The translations under genes were made by a program, and so were the position numbers. The notes below the pieces were generated by a model. The model was given only the letters and a program-made list of their open reading frames with translations. It ran no database searches and was not told the DNA's origin. Below are positions 38,085 through 47,767 of a stretch of 64,000 nt of DNA, in pieces (position 1 is the first letter of the stretch; the number at the start of each line of letters is the position of its first letter). The DNA is from Armatimonadota bacterium (lineage in GTDB: Bacteria > Armatimonadota > SYMT01), in assembly GCA_041690135.1 (NCBI GenBank), contig JAWLHY010000013.1, positions 202,306 to 266,305 on the forward strand, given 5' to 3'.

Positions 38085-38670
38085 ATCTCGCGCCAAGACG
38101 CCAAGCCGCAAAGAAGGGGAAGAAGGGAAGAAAGAAGCAAAGGGACCCGAAGTAGGTCGCTATCTCTAAGGACGCTGCTCTTCCAGGCCGTTAACGAGGC
38201 GAGTGACACCCTCCTTGATGAGCGGGGCGCCGAAGTTGATGAGTAGGCCCAGCTTGAGGCCCGTGATCCGCAGGTAGGTCAGCAATTGCTTCTTATGCAC
38301 TCGCTCGATCGATTCTACGGATTTGATCTCGAGAATGACACGGCCTTCGACAATGAGATCGGCGCGGAAGCATTCGTCGAACTCGATCCCCTCGTAGACG
38401 ATCGGAACCTTCACCTGTCGGTCGACCTTGAGACCGCGTTGCTGTAGCTCAAACCGCAGCACCGTTTCATAGACCGACTCCAGCAGTCCTGGCCCCATGC
38501 GAGTGTGGACCTTGTAGGCCGCATCCACTACGATCCGAGCGATCTCATTTTCACTCACGCCACCGCCCCCTTTGCACCATCTTCTTCTTCAACTTCGCCC
38601 CCCTCCCTCTCATTTACTTCCTCGCCTTACTTTCTCTCTTTCTTGGCGGCTTTGCGGCTTCGCGCGAGAT
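38085..38670. mobile_element. GxxExxY cassette bounded by ~30-bp imperfect inverted repeats
   Basis: Left end ATCTCGCGCCAAGACGCCAAGCCGCAAAGAA; reverse complement of right end ATCTCGCGCGAAGCCGCAAAGCCGCCAAGAA. Confidence 0.6.
38166..38558 (-). CDS. GxxExxY protein (PD-(D/E)XK-like)
   Basis: GPGLLESVYE, RADLIVE..ILEIKS, QLLTYL, GLLINFG. Confidence 0.93.
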   Translation of the reverse strand: MSENEIARIVVDAAYKVHTRMGPGLLESVYETVLRFELQQRGLKVDRQVKVPIVYEGIEFDECFRADLIVEGRVILEIKSVESIERVHKKQLLTYLRITGLKLGLLINFGAPLIKEGVTRLVNGLEEQRP

Positions 38671-38697
38671 ACTTCTCCTTGAGATGGAGGCAATGGC

Positions 38698-39465
38698 ATG
38701 AACCGGTTGACGGGTGAGCAGGTGGAGCGGTACCACGCGCATGGGTACCTCAAGGGGTTCCGCGTCTTCGGCGATGCGGAGGTCCGGGCGATGCAACAGG
38801 AGTTCGACCGGGTGCTGGGACTGCTGCCGCCGGAAACGAACGTGAACTTCGTGAACTGGTGGCACAAGAAGAACCGGTTCTTCTACGACGTGTGCACCAC
38901 CCCCGCCCTGCTGGATTACGTGGAAGACCTGCTCGGCCCCAACTTCTACCTCTGGGGATCGCAGTTCTTCGTGAAGGATCCCGGCGACGGCCGCGTGGTG
39001 CCCTGGCACCAGGACGCCCAGTACTGGCCGCTGGAACCGCAGAACTCTTGCACCGTGTTCATCGCCCTGTGGGACTGCGACCGCGAGAACGCCTGCATGC
39101 GGGTGGTGCCCGGCACCCACCGGGTAGGCCTGCTCCGCCACCACACCACCGAGGACGGCCGCCACGTGCTGAAGCAGGAGATCGACGAAGGCGAGTTCGA
39201 TCCGGCCGAGGCGGTGGACCTGGAGCTTAAGGCTGGCGAAATCTCCCTGCACGACGACGCCATCGTCCACGGCTCCGGGGCGAACCACTCCAACCGGCGG
39301 CGCGTGGGCTTCACCATGCGCTTCTCCTCCACGGACGTGAAGTGCGACCTGAACGTATGGCCCACCTTCCAGGCCTTCCTCGTCCGCGGCGTCGATGAAT
39401 ATCGCCATAACCCGCCCGGCATCCTCCCCACCGAGAACGGCATCACCACCACCGCCCGCCCCTGA
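38698..39465 (+). CDS. Phytanoyl-CoA dioxygenase family (Fe/2OG)
   Basis: WHQD...HGSGAN..RR. Confidence 0.92.
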   Translation: MNRLTGEQVERYHAHGYLKGFRVFGDAEVRAMQQEFDRVLGLLPPETNVNFVNWWHKKNRFFYDVCTTPALLDYVEDLLGPNFYLWGSQFFVKDPGDGRVVPWHQDAQYWPLEPQNSCTVFIALWDCDRENACMRVVPGTHRVGLLRHHTTEDGRHVLKQEIDEGEFDPAEAVDLELKAGEISLHDDAIVHGSGANHSNRRRVGFTMRFSSTDVKCDLNVWPTFQAFLVRGVDEYRHNPPGILPTENGITTTARP

Positions 39466-39481
39466 GGGGCTGGGAGAGAAT

Positions 39482-39557
39482 CTCAACAGCGTTTGAACCC
39501 TCGGCACGGACCTGTTTCTCCACACAGATTAACGAGGCTTGCCGGAGTGACGGCGCT
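39482..39557. repeat. Dispersed ~77-bp repeat, copy 2
   Basis: Similar to 30927-31003. Confidence 0.7.
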
Positions 39558-39613
39558 TGCGCGGCCTCCCTTTGGAAAACCGTATCTGCTGAGTAGCTTG
39601 CCCCCACCCCTTA

Positions 39614-39949
39614 GTGGTGCATCCGGTAAGTCTGGCATAGTTTTCTGTCCACCTCTGGTGAAGGGGTTTGGGCTTGCGCAGCGTCACGTGTATCCTGGAT
39701 AGTAGGGAATGTGACGCTCCTCCGTTCCGGAGGCACTGTGGTTGATCCCGTTGGGCCAAACCGGACCCTTCCTGACACGGGACGGCTACGAGTGGGCAGG
39801 ACGGGATCAGCTCCAAGGCGGCGGAACGCTGCGGCGAGACGTTCCCTACCGGTGCCGCTGTTAATGGCTTGGCGGACGGAACCCGGCCCACTCCGCCGGA
39901 CGTGTTCCTACGCCAGGAAAATCTTACTGGCACTTACCGGATGCACCAC
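39614..39949. mobile_element. MITE (336 bp), copy 1
   Basis: Perfect 18-bp TIR GTGGTGCATCCGGTAAGT with TTA on both flanks; homologous copy at 55191-55525. Confidence 0.88.
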
Positions 39950-39973
39950 TTAGCGCCCCGACTGAAGAATCAG

Positions 39974-40063
39974 GAAGGCACGAAGGACACGAAGGACACG
40001 AAGGCACGAAGGACACGAAGAAGAGGTTAGATTTCCTTCGTGTCCTTTGTACCTTCGTGGTTT
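39974..40063. repeat. 9-mer tandem/inverted repeat (CACGAAGGA)n...(CTTCGTG)
   Basis: About five direct copies followed by inverted copies. Confidence 0.75.
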
Positions 40064-40166
40064 GACCCCAACCGATGCCGGGTATCGCCTTCACACGGAC
40101 CGGCCTTCCGCACCGCGGGATTGGAGATGGGCGGACGGTGCGCAGTCCGGGAGAAGGGCAACGAAC

Positions 40167-40622
40167 ATGCCGACCCACCGCGTATCCGACTTGATGACTC
40201 GCAACCCGATGTGTTGCACCCCGCAGGACCCGGTTACGGAGGCCGCTCGTCTGATGGGTGAATGTGACTGTGGGGCGATTCCAGTGGTAGAAAACCTGCA
40301 GGACTACCACCTCATCGGGATGATCACCGATCGCGATATCGCCATCCGCATCGTCGCGGCAGGCCTGGACCCCTCCACGGCGCTCGTGCAGCAGGGTATG
40401 ACCGGTGAGGTTATTACCGTTCAGGCGGACGACTCGCTGGACAAGTGCGTGCGGCTGATGTGCGAGAACCAGATCCGCCGGATCCCGGTGGTAGGCGAGG
40501 ACGGCGAAATCATCGGCATCGTCGCCCAGGCCGACCTGGCGCGCGCCAGCACCGACGAGCCCGAGCTGGAAGAGGAGCTCGCGGACATGGTCGAGGAAGT
40601 CTCCGCTCCCTCCGGCATCTAA
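40167..40622 (+). CDS. CBS-domain protein
   Basis: GAIPVV, GMITDRDI, IRRIPVV, GIVAQADL. Confidence 0.92.
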   Translation: MPTHRVSDLMTRNPMCCTPQDPVTEAARLMGECDCGAIPVVENLQDYHLIGMITDRDIAIRIVAAGLDPSTALVQQGMTGEVITVQADDSLDKCVRLMCENQIRRIPVVGEDGEIIGIVAQADLARASTDEPELEEELADMVEEVSAPSGI

Positions 40623-40626
40623 TGGA

Positions 40627-41526
40627 TCACCGGAGGGATGGAATGCCCGTCATAAGGGTCCGCAATCGGTAGACGGATGAGGTCGCCGTAACATAAAGGG
40701 TTTGCCAATCCGCGTCGCCCCAGGCGCAGTTGGCCGTCCGCTCTGGGAATTTGAGGTGGGCCAGCACGGTCCCATCCGGCGCCACGACCCACAGGCCACC
40801 CGGGCCGGTGGTCCACAGGTTGCCCTGCCGGTCCACCTTCATTCCATCCGGGCGCCCCGCGCCTTTCTCAGCCTCGAATTCCACGAAAACGTCGCCCCCG
40901 GTCAGCTTTCCATCCGGCAGGACTTCGAAGCGCCGGATGTGGTAGCGCGGGGTGTCCCCCACGTAGAGGTAGGTCTCATCCGGGCAGAACGCCATCCCGT
41001 TCGGGCGGTCGAAATCCCGGGCCAGCAGGATCGGCTCGGCGTCGCCCGGCCGTAGCAGGTAGAGGCCGTTCAACGGCTGGTCCGCCTCCGCGATCTGACC
41101 GAACTCCGCCGACTGGATGCCGTAGGGCGGGTCGCTGAAGTAGAGATTGCCGCTCGAGTGGACCACCAGGTCGTTCGGGCTGTTGAGGCGGCCGCCGCGG
41201 TACCGCTCGGCCAGCACCTCGATCGAACCGTCCTCGTTCGTGCGGCTGACCCGCCGGTTCAGGTGCTCGCACGCCAGCAGCCGCCCCTCGCGGTCCCAGG
41301 TGAGCCCGTTCGACTTTCCGCTTGGCTCCCGGAAAATCTCCGGGGTGCCTCCCTCCCGCCAGCGATAAATCCGGTTCGCCGGGATGTCACTGAAGTGGAG
41401 GGTATCGCTGCGTGGGTCCCACAGCGGTCCCTCCGTGAAGACGAACCCGGTAGCCACCTGTTCGAGGTGGGGGTCGTGCGGAAGCAGGTCCCAGATGGCG
41501 GGAGAGAGGGCGTCGATTTCAAGCAT
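40627..41526 (-). CDS. SMP-30/gluconolactonase family
   Basis: FTEGP, SNGL, NSPND, PNG, PDGM. Confidence 0.93.
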   Translation of the reverse strand: MLEIDALSPAIWDLLPHDPHLEQVATGFVFTEGPLWDPRSDTLHFSDIPANRIYRWREGGTPEIFREPSGKSNGLTWDREGRLLACEHLNRRVSRTNEDGSIEVLAERYRGGRLNSPNDLVVHSSGNLYFSDPPYGIQSAEFGQIAEADQPLNGLYLLRPGDAEPILLARDFDRPNGMAFCPDETYLYVGDTPRYHIRRFEVLPDGKLTGGDVFVEFEAEKGAGRPDGMKVDRQGNLWTTGPGGLWVVAPDGTVLAHLKFPERTANCAWGDADWQTLYVTATSSVYRLRTLMTGIPSLR

Positions 41527-41574
41527 AGGAGCATTATGGCTCACTCGTGCCGGAAGCGGGGCGGCGATGTGTCC

Positions 41575-42927
41575 TCACTGGCCGTTGATGTCCCGGTGCA
41601 TCCGTCTGAGCTTCTCAGCCAGAGAACTCACCCGGTCCGGGTGGGAACCGGCCACGTTGCGACTTTCGCTCGGGTCTTGTTCCAGGTTGTACAGCTCGAA
41701 GCGGTCCATCTCCGCCGTGGAGAGCAGTTTCCAGGGGCCGTCGCGAAGCGAGAGCGTCCACGGTTTGCTGATGGCCACGTCGTACTGCCAGTAGAGCGGA
41801 ACCGTTCGCTGCACCGCCTTCCCGCGGAAGAGCGGCATGAGACTGGCGCCGTCGAGGGTGCGCCCCTCCGGTAGCTTGACCCCCGCCGCTTCGCTGAAGG
41901 TCGGCAGCACGTCGAGAAGCGAGACCGGCTCCCCGGACACCAGACCGGGCTTGAGCTTCGCGGGCCAGCGGATGATCGCGGGCACCCGGTATCCGCCCTC
42001 GGTCACGTGGAGCTTCATCCCGCGGTAGGGACCCGGCGATCCGAAGGAGTGGATGCCCCGCGGATAACGCTTCAGCGTTTCGGGACCGTTGTCGCTGGTG
42101 AACCACACCAGCGTGTTGTCGCGAAGGCGGAGCTCGTCCAGCGCGTCCAGTACGCGCCCCACCTCGTGGTCGACCAGTGAGACGCTTCCGTAGTAAACGG
42201 CCTTATTGGGATCGTCCTGGCCCGGGTAGCGGCGGATGTAATCCTCCGGTGTGGCGACCTGCTCGTGAGGGGCGTGGTACCACACGAACACGGCGAATGG
42301 CTTGCTGTCGCGGGCCCGGATGAACTGCAGCGCCTCGTCCGTAGTGAGGGTGGTTGCGTGCCCTTTCAGGGGTCCCACGCGCTTGCCGTTGCGAATGAAG
42401 TTGGTGGGGTCCTGATGATTGGGGGCGGCGTTGTTCTGCGTGGAAAACCAGTGATCGAACCCGTGGTCGCCGGGCGTTGGCTCGCGGCCGTTGAACTTGC
42501 TGTTCAGGTGCCACTTGCCGACGTGCGCCGTCCGGTAGCCTGCCGCCCGGAGTTGCTCGGCGACGGTCGTCTCCTCCGTCTTCAGGTACACTCCGGAGTC
42601 CAGCGGAATCCAGTCCCGAATACCCAGGCGGTTCGGGTTGCGGCCGGTCATGATACCGGCACGGGAGGGCGAGCAGACTGGGGACGGCGAGTAACAGCTT
42701 GTCAGCTTTAACCCCTCGGACGCGAGGCGGTCCAGCCGGGGAGTCTTGATGATCGGGCTTCCGAAGCAGCCCAGGTCCCCATATCCCAGGTCGTCGCACA
42801 GGAAGAAGACAATGTTCGGCCGCGGCGGTCGCTCACCGGCCACACTTACGCGCACGCCGGTCAAAGCCAGCCCAATCACCCCGATCCACGCCCCGAGCGA
42901 CCGCCCGTTTTGCCTGTAGTTGCCCAT
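41575..42927 (-). CDS. Sulfatase
   Basis: DDLGYGD, CSPSR, GKWHL, SDNG. Confidence 0.93.
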   Translation of the reverse strand: MGNYRQNGRSLGAWIGVIGLALTGVRVSVAGERPPRPNIVFFLCDDLGYGDLGCFGSPIIKTPRLDRLASEGLKLTSCYSPSPVCSPSRAGIMTGRNPNRLGIRDWIPLDSGVYLKTEETTVAEQLRAAGYRTAHVGKWHLNSKFNGREPTPGDHGFDHWFSTQNNAAPNHQDPTNFIRNGKRVGPLKGHATTLTTDEALQFIRARDSKPFAVFVWYHAPHEQVATPEDYIRRYPGQDDPNKAVYYGSVSLVDHEVGRVLDALDELRLRDNTLVWFTSDNGPETLKRYPRGIHSFGSPGPYRGMKLHVTEGGYRVPAIIRWPAKLKPGLVSGEPVSLLDVLPTFSEAAGVKLPEGRTLDGASLMPLFRGKAVQRTVPLYWQYDVAISKPWTLSLRDGPWKLLSTAEMDRFELYNLEQDPSESRNVAGSHPDRVSSLAEKLRRMHRDINGQ

Positions 42928-43081
42928 CAACTCGCCTCCGTTTGTTCGTCCGTCTCCATCCTATGGACAGCCATCTTACGATTTGGCGGAAGGATTGGAT
43001 TTCCCTCTCTCACCGGCGACGCGTTACACTGGTTGCGTCATCCCCCGCGGGTAAACCGCGCTTCCCTGGATCCAGCTCACG

Positions 43082-44728
43082 TTGTCTCTCCCCTACGAAC
43101 TTGTCTGGCCCGGAAAACGTCCCCCCGTGGAGCCCGATGCCGCGACCCGGCTGCGGCACACCGACGCCCACGACGGGCCGTCCTTGCCCGACTCGCTGTT
43201 CGATTTCCGCACGGACGATTTCCGCAACCGGCTGTTGTGGGGAGATAACCGGCGGTTGATGGAAGGGCTCCTGCCGGAGTTCCGCGGAAAGATCGACCTC
43301 GTCTACCTCGACCCTCCCTTCGACGCGGGCCAGGAGTTCAACATGGCCGTGGCCGTCGGGGAAGATGCCGCCATGGGTCGGGAGAAGGGCCTGGTCCTGG
43401 AAGCGACCGCCTACCGGGACGTTTGGGACCGCGCCCGGGGCGGTTATCTCCAGATGCTGTACGAGCGCCTGCCTCTCATCCGGGAACTGCTCAGCGAGAC
43501 CGGCAGCCTGTTCGTCCACGTGAACTGGCGGGTGGCCCACCTCGTGCAGGCCCTGCTGGACGAGATCTTCGGTCCCGGCGAGCGGGCGGGAGCGGGCCTG
43601 CCTGGTTTCCGGACAGAGATCGTTTGGGGCTTCGGCGGCGGGGGTGCTCCGCGGAACGTCTATCCGCGCAAGCACGACAACCTGTTCTGGTACACGAAGT
43701 CCGGGCAGTGGACCTTCAATCCGCAGTACCGTCCCTACACGGAGAAGACCTGGCAGCGGGGCCTCACGGCGGTGAAGGGCGACCGCTATGAGCTGCGGGA
43801 AGAAGGCGCTCTCCTGCAGACCTGGTGGACGGGGCCGGAGGTCCAGAAAATCCTCTCTCCCACCGCGGCGGAGAATCGGAAGTACCCCACGCAGAAGCCG
43901 GAAACGCTCCTGGAGCGGATCATCCGGGGGCATTCCAACACCGGCGACCTGATTGCGGACTTCTTCTGCGGTTCCGGTACCACCGGCGCGGTTGCCGAGC
44001 GCCTCGGCCGCCGCTGGATCATGGCGGATGCCGCGCGTCTCGCCGTCCACGTCACCCGGAAGCGCATGCTGGAGGTGCAGTCCCAGCTTGCCGCACACCA
44101 GGCGTACCGTGCCTTCGACGAGCACCGGGTCGCGGGCGAGTGCCTCACCCTCGCAGAATTGCGCGAGCGGGCACGAGAGGCGGCTGAAGCCGGGTTGCAA
44201 GAATTGGAAGTGCTTGCCCCGGAACTGGCGCCCGACCTCATTCGGGAGCTCAATGCTACGGATGAGGAGATCCCGGTCCACCTGCGCCTGTTCCTGGCGC
44301 CGGATGACGCGCTATTGACCGGAAGTGGCCCCCTCCGGCCGCGTGGAGGACACACCCCGATTGAGCCGGGCATGCTGGTTGCCGAGCCGGTGCTCCACCC
44401 GGATGGGACCGTCGATGTCCGCCTGGTTAAGTTCCGTCCCAGTCTCCCGGCGGAGGCTTCTCCGGAGGTCCGGGAGCGGGCGACCCTGGCGGGCTTCGAT
44501 TTCCTGGACTACTGGGCGGTGGACTTCGACTACCCCGAGCCCCGCCCGTTCGAGGAGGCACCCCCCATCCGTCACCAGTGGCAAAGTTACCGCACCCTTA
44601 AGGACCGCCGGGTCCGCCTCGCCTCCAACGCCGCCCACACCTACGGGGCTTCTGGGCCACACCGCATCGCCATCAAGGCCATCGACCTGTTCGGCCTTGA
44701 AACGGTCAGCGTGCTTCGTAATACGTGA
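43082..44728 (+). CDS. N6/N4 DNA methyltransferase (beta class, type III Mod-like), no cognate nuclease nearby
   Basis: YLDPPF precedes YPTQKP and DFFCGSGTT; C-terminal DYWAVDFDY...IDLFG. Confidence 0.88.
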   Translation: MSLPYELVWPGKRPPVEPDAATRLRHTDAHDGPSLPDSLFDFRTDDFRNRLLWGDNRRLMEGLLPEFRGKIDLVYLDPPFDAGQEFNMAVAVGEDAAMGREKGLVLEATAYRDVWDRARGGYLQMLYERLPLIRELLSETGSLFVHVNWRVAHLVQALLDEIFGPGERAGAGLPGFRTEIVWGFGGGGAPRNVYPRKHDNLFWYTKSGQWTFNPQYRPYTEKTWQRGLTAVKGDRYELREEGALLQTWWTGPEVQKILSPTAAENRKYPTQKPETLLERIIRGHSNTGDLIADFFCGSGTTGAVAERLGRRWIMADAARLAVHVTRKRMLEVQSQLAAHQAYRAFDEHRVAGECLTLAELRERAREAAEAGLQELEVLAPELAPDLIRELNATDEEIPVHLRLFLAPDDALLTGSGPLRPRGGHTPIEPGMLVAEPVLHPDGTVDVRLVKFRPSLPAEASPEVRERATLAGFDFLDYWAVDFDYPEPRPFEEAPPIRHQWQSYRTLKDRRVRLASNAAHTYGASGPHRIAIKAIDLFGLETVSVLRNT

Positions 44729-45050
44729 TGCGTAATGCGTAACGGTCGTGCGCTGGCTGGGTGGAGATGCGCGACTGCGGCGCTCGTGTTGGATCTGGCG
44801 TGATGCGTAAGTCGCGTGCGCCACGCTGGTCGGCATTCGTGAAGCCGGAACTCGAACAGGAGTGGCGTGAAAACCCGGGCCGAGAGCAATTGCGTGTACG
44901 GCGGACAGACAGGAGGGTTGGTGCCGAAGGAGGAAATGTTCCCAAACCAAGCCGCACACATAACGCGTCACGCACTTGTCCGAGAACGACCTCCTACCTT
45001 CGAAACCCCTTGGTACGTGGCCTTACGCATTACGCAATACGAACCGCACC

Positions 45051-46319
45051 ATGAATCGTTTGCTGTTCCTTACCACAGTTGGCGCGACCGCCATTGTCGT
45101 CGGAGGAGGGGGCGCCCATTCCTCCCGGAGTGCTGCGGAAAAGCCGTTCTATCGCTCCGAGTTCATCTTTCCGCTGGACGCCCAGCACAACCATTCGAGC
45201 TGCGTGGTGGAGTGCCCGAACGGCGACCTGCTGGTTTGCTGGTACCGCGGCTCCGGCGAGCGGAAGGCGGACGACGTGGCAGTGCTTGGCGCCCGGAAGA
45301 AGGCCGGCTCCGGAAAATGGAGCGAGCCGTTCGTGATGGCGGACATCCCCGGCTTTCCGGACTGCAACCCCTGTATGTTCATCGATCCCCAGAAGCGCCT
45401 CTGGCTCTTCTGGGTGACCATCCAGGCGAACGAGTGGCATACCGCCCTGCTGCGCTACAAGATCGCGGAGCGGTATCAACAGAACGGTGCGCCGATCTGG
45501 TCGCGGGAGAAGGTGCTGCACCTCAAGCCGGGTGAGGAGTTCACCCGCGTGGTCCACGCCTCCGTCGACGCGGACCTGAAGCGCCTCGACCAGTGGCCTC
45601 CGGACCGGCGGGAGGCAGTCAGGATCTACCTGGAAGCCCGCCGGAAGAACGCCGCCGACCGTTATTTCAACCGGCTCGGCTGGATGCCGCGGGCTCACCC
45701 CTACGTGCTCGAGGGCCGGCGCCTGATCCTGCCGCTCTACTCCGACGGCTTCGACTTCTCCCTGATGGCCCTTACGGACGACTGGGGGGAGAACTGGCGG
45801 GTCAGCACCCCCCTGGTGGGCGCCGGCCCGGTCCAGCCGAGCCTGGCCCGCAAGCGCGACGGCACGCTTTCCGCGTATATGCGGGACAACGGACCCCCAC
45901 CCCAGCGTGTGCTCTACAGCGAATCGAAGGACGAGGGTGCGACCTGGTCCCCGGTGCGCGACTCGGAACTGCGGGATCCGGGGGCCGGCGTCGAGGTCGT
46001 CAACCTGCGCAGCGGGCTGTGGGCGTTCATCAACAACGACACGGAAGATGGCCGTCACAGCCTGGCCGTCTCCCTATCGGATGACGAGGGCAAGACGTGG
46101 AAGTGGACCCGCCACCTGGAACGTGAACCGGCCGGCGGGGAAGCGGGCTCCTACCACTATCCCTCGATCCTCCAGTCGCGAGATGGCACGCTCCACGTCA
46201 CCTACAGCTACTTTGCCCCCCAGCGGGAAGTGAAGCGCGACGGCGGTGGGCGCGAGTTGCGGAAGACGATCAAACACGCTCAGTTCAACGAGGCCTGGGT
46301 CAAGGCCGGAGACGGCTAG
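45051..46319 (+). CDS. BNR-repeat sialidase-like glycosidase
   Basis: Asp boxes TDDWGENW, SKDEGATW, SDDEGKTW; YHYPS. Confidence 0.88.
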   Translation: MNRLLFLTTVGATAIVVGGGGAHSSRSAAEKPFYRSEFIFPLDAQHNHSSCVVECPNGDLLVCWYRGSGERKADDVAVLGARKKAGSGKWSEPFVMADIPGFPDCNPCMFIDPQKRLWLFWVTIQANEWHTALLRYKIAERYQQNGAPIWSREKVLHLKPGEEFTRVVHASVDADLKRLDQWPPDRREAVRIYLEARRKNAADRYFNRLGWMPRAHPYVLEGRRLILPLYSDGFDFSLMALTDDWGENWRVSTPLVGAGPVQPSLARKRDGTLSAYMRDNGPPPQRVLYSESKDEGATWSPVRDSELRDPGAGVEVVNLRSGLWAFINNDTEDGRHSLAVSLSDDEGKTWKWTRHLEREPAGGEAGSYHYPSILQSRDGTLHVTYSYFAPQREVKRDGGGRELRKTIKHAQFNEAWVKAGDG

Positions 46320-46462
46320 GAGTCGCAGCCCTCTGCGAGCCGCCGCCCCACGATGCAACGGTCCTCCACAGACCTTTTACCGGAACAGGAGTCGGGCGGG
46401 GGTGAAGGTGAAGTGTAGATCGAATGAATCCCCGTCTCCTGCCGTCCCCCATTCGCCTCGCG

Positions 46463-47767
46463 ATGAACTTCCTGCGTTTGTCGGTGCTGTTCATTCTGCT
46501 CTTCTGCCTGGCCGGGTGCGGTACCCCGGCGCGGGGCGAGGGTGGGCCGGTCGAACTGCGGGCCTGGACCATGTGGGGCGGGGAAGAGGCGGAGGCCTTC
46601 CAGGTCGTCGTCGACGCCTTCAACCGCGGCCATCCACACATCCGGGTCCACAACCTCGCCGCGGTAGATGACACCAAGATCATCCGCGCCATCGTGGCGA
46701 ACGATCCGCCGGACCTGTTCACCCTACGGGACCCGGGTTACCTGGGCTCGCTGGCCGGGAACGGTGCCCTCCTGCCACTCGACGATCGGTTCCGGCGCTC
46801 CGGGCTGAACGAGGCAGAGTTTGCGCCGGGCAGCCTCACCCAGTGTCGCTACCGGGACCGGCTGTATGCGATGGTGTTCCTGATGGACTGCTGGGGTCTG
46901 CTCTACCGTCCGGAGACCCTGGCGGAAGCCGGCATTGAGGGCGGGCGCCCGCCCCGCACGTTCGAAGAGGTGCTGGAGTACGCCCGCAAGCTGACGCTGC
47001 GCGACGCCAGCGGGCACATCCGCCGTATTGGAATGGCGCCGCCCGACCCCCTGGTGGTAATCGGTGCCTTCGGCGGTCAATTCATCGATCCCGAGACGGG
47101 TAAGCCGACTGCGGACCACCCCCGGAACGTTGCCGCGCTCGAGTGGTATCGCAAGCTCATCGAAGTTCAGGGAGGGGCCCAGGAAGTCAACGCCTTTGCC
47201 GCGGGTTTCGGCCAGGAAATGGGAATCAACAATCCCTTTCTCCTGGGGAAGGTCGCGATGATGTTGAACGGTCAGTGGAACCCCTACTGGTTCCAGCGCT
47301 ACGGGCCGGATGTTCGGTACCGCGCCGCGCCGGTCCCCCATCCGGCGGCGCAGCCGGAGCTGGAGCGGCCGACGTGGCTGGGGGGGAACCTCTTCTGCAT
47401 CCCGGCCAACAGCCGCCACCACGACGAGGCGTGGGAGTTCCTGCGATGGACCCAGACCCCGGAGGCCCAGCACCTGTTTGCGGAGAGGATGCACGGTATT
47501 CCCAACCTGCTGTCCGCCCGGCGTGACCCGGGACTGCGGGAAGTCCGGAGCCCCGATGACCGCTGGAAGGAGGCCTACAGCATCTTCATGGATGCCGCCA
47601 CCAGTCCAAATGCCCGGCACTTTCCGGTCACCCCGATCACGGGTCTTTATCAGTATGAGTTGACGACGGCGGCCGATTACGTCCGGTTCGGCTCGCGCAG
47701 TCCCGAAGAGGCCCTCCGGGACGTGCAGCGGCGGGTCGAGCGGGAGATGGTGCGGTGGCAGCCATGA
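46463..47767 (+). CDS. Sugar ABC transporter substrate-binding lipoprotein
   Basis: Lipobox LAGC; GKVAM; AWEFL. Confidence 0.9.
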   Translation: MNFLRLSVLFILLFCLAGCGTPARGEGGPVELRAWTMWGGEEAEAFQVVVDAFNRGHPHIRVHNLAAVDDTKIIRAIVANDPPDLFTLRDPGYLGSLAGNGALLPLDDRFRRSGLNEAEFAPGSLTQCRYRDRLYAMVFLMDCWGLLYRPETLAEAGIEGGRPPRTFEEVLEYARKLTLRDASGHIRRIGMAPPDPLVVIGAFGGQFIDPETGKPTADHPRNVAALEWYRKLIEVQGGAQEVNAFAAGFGQEMGINNPFLLGKVAMMLNGQWNPYWFQRYGPDVRYRAAPVPHPAAQPELERPTWLGGNLFCIPANSRHHDEAWEFLRWTQTPEAQHLFAERMHGIPNLLSARRDPGLREVRSPDDRWKEAYSIFMDAATSPNARHFPVTPITGLYQYELTTAADYVRFGSRSPEEALRDVQRRVEREMVRWQP

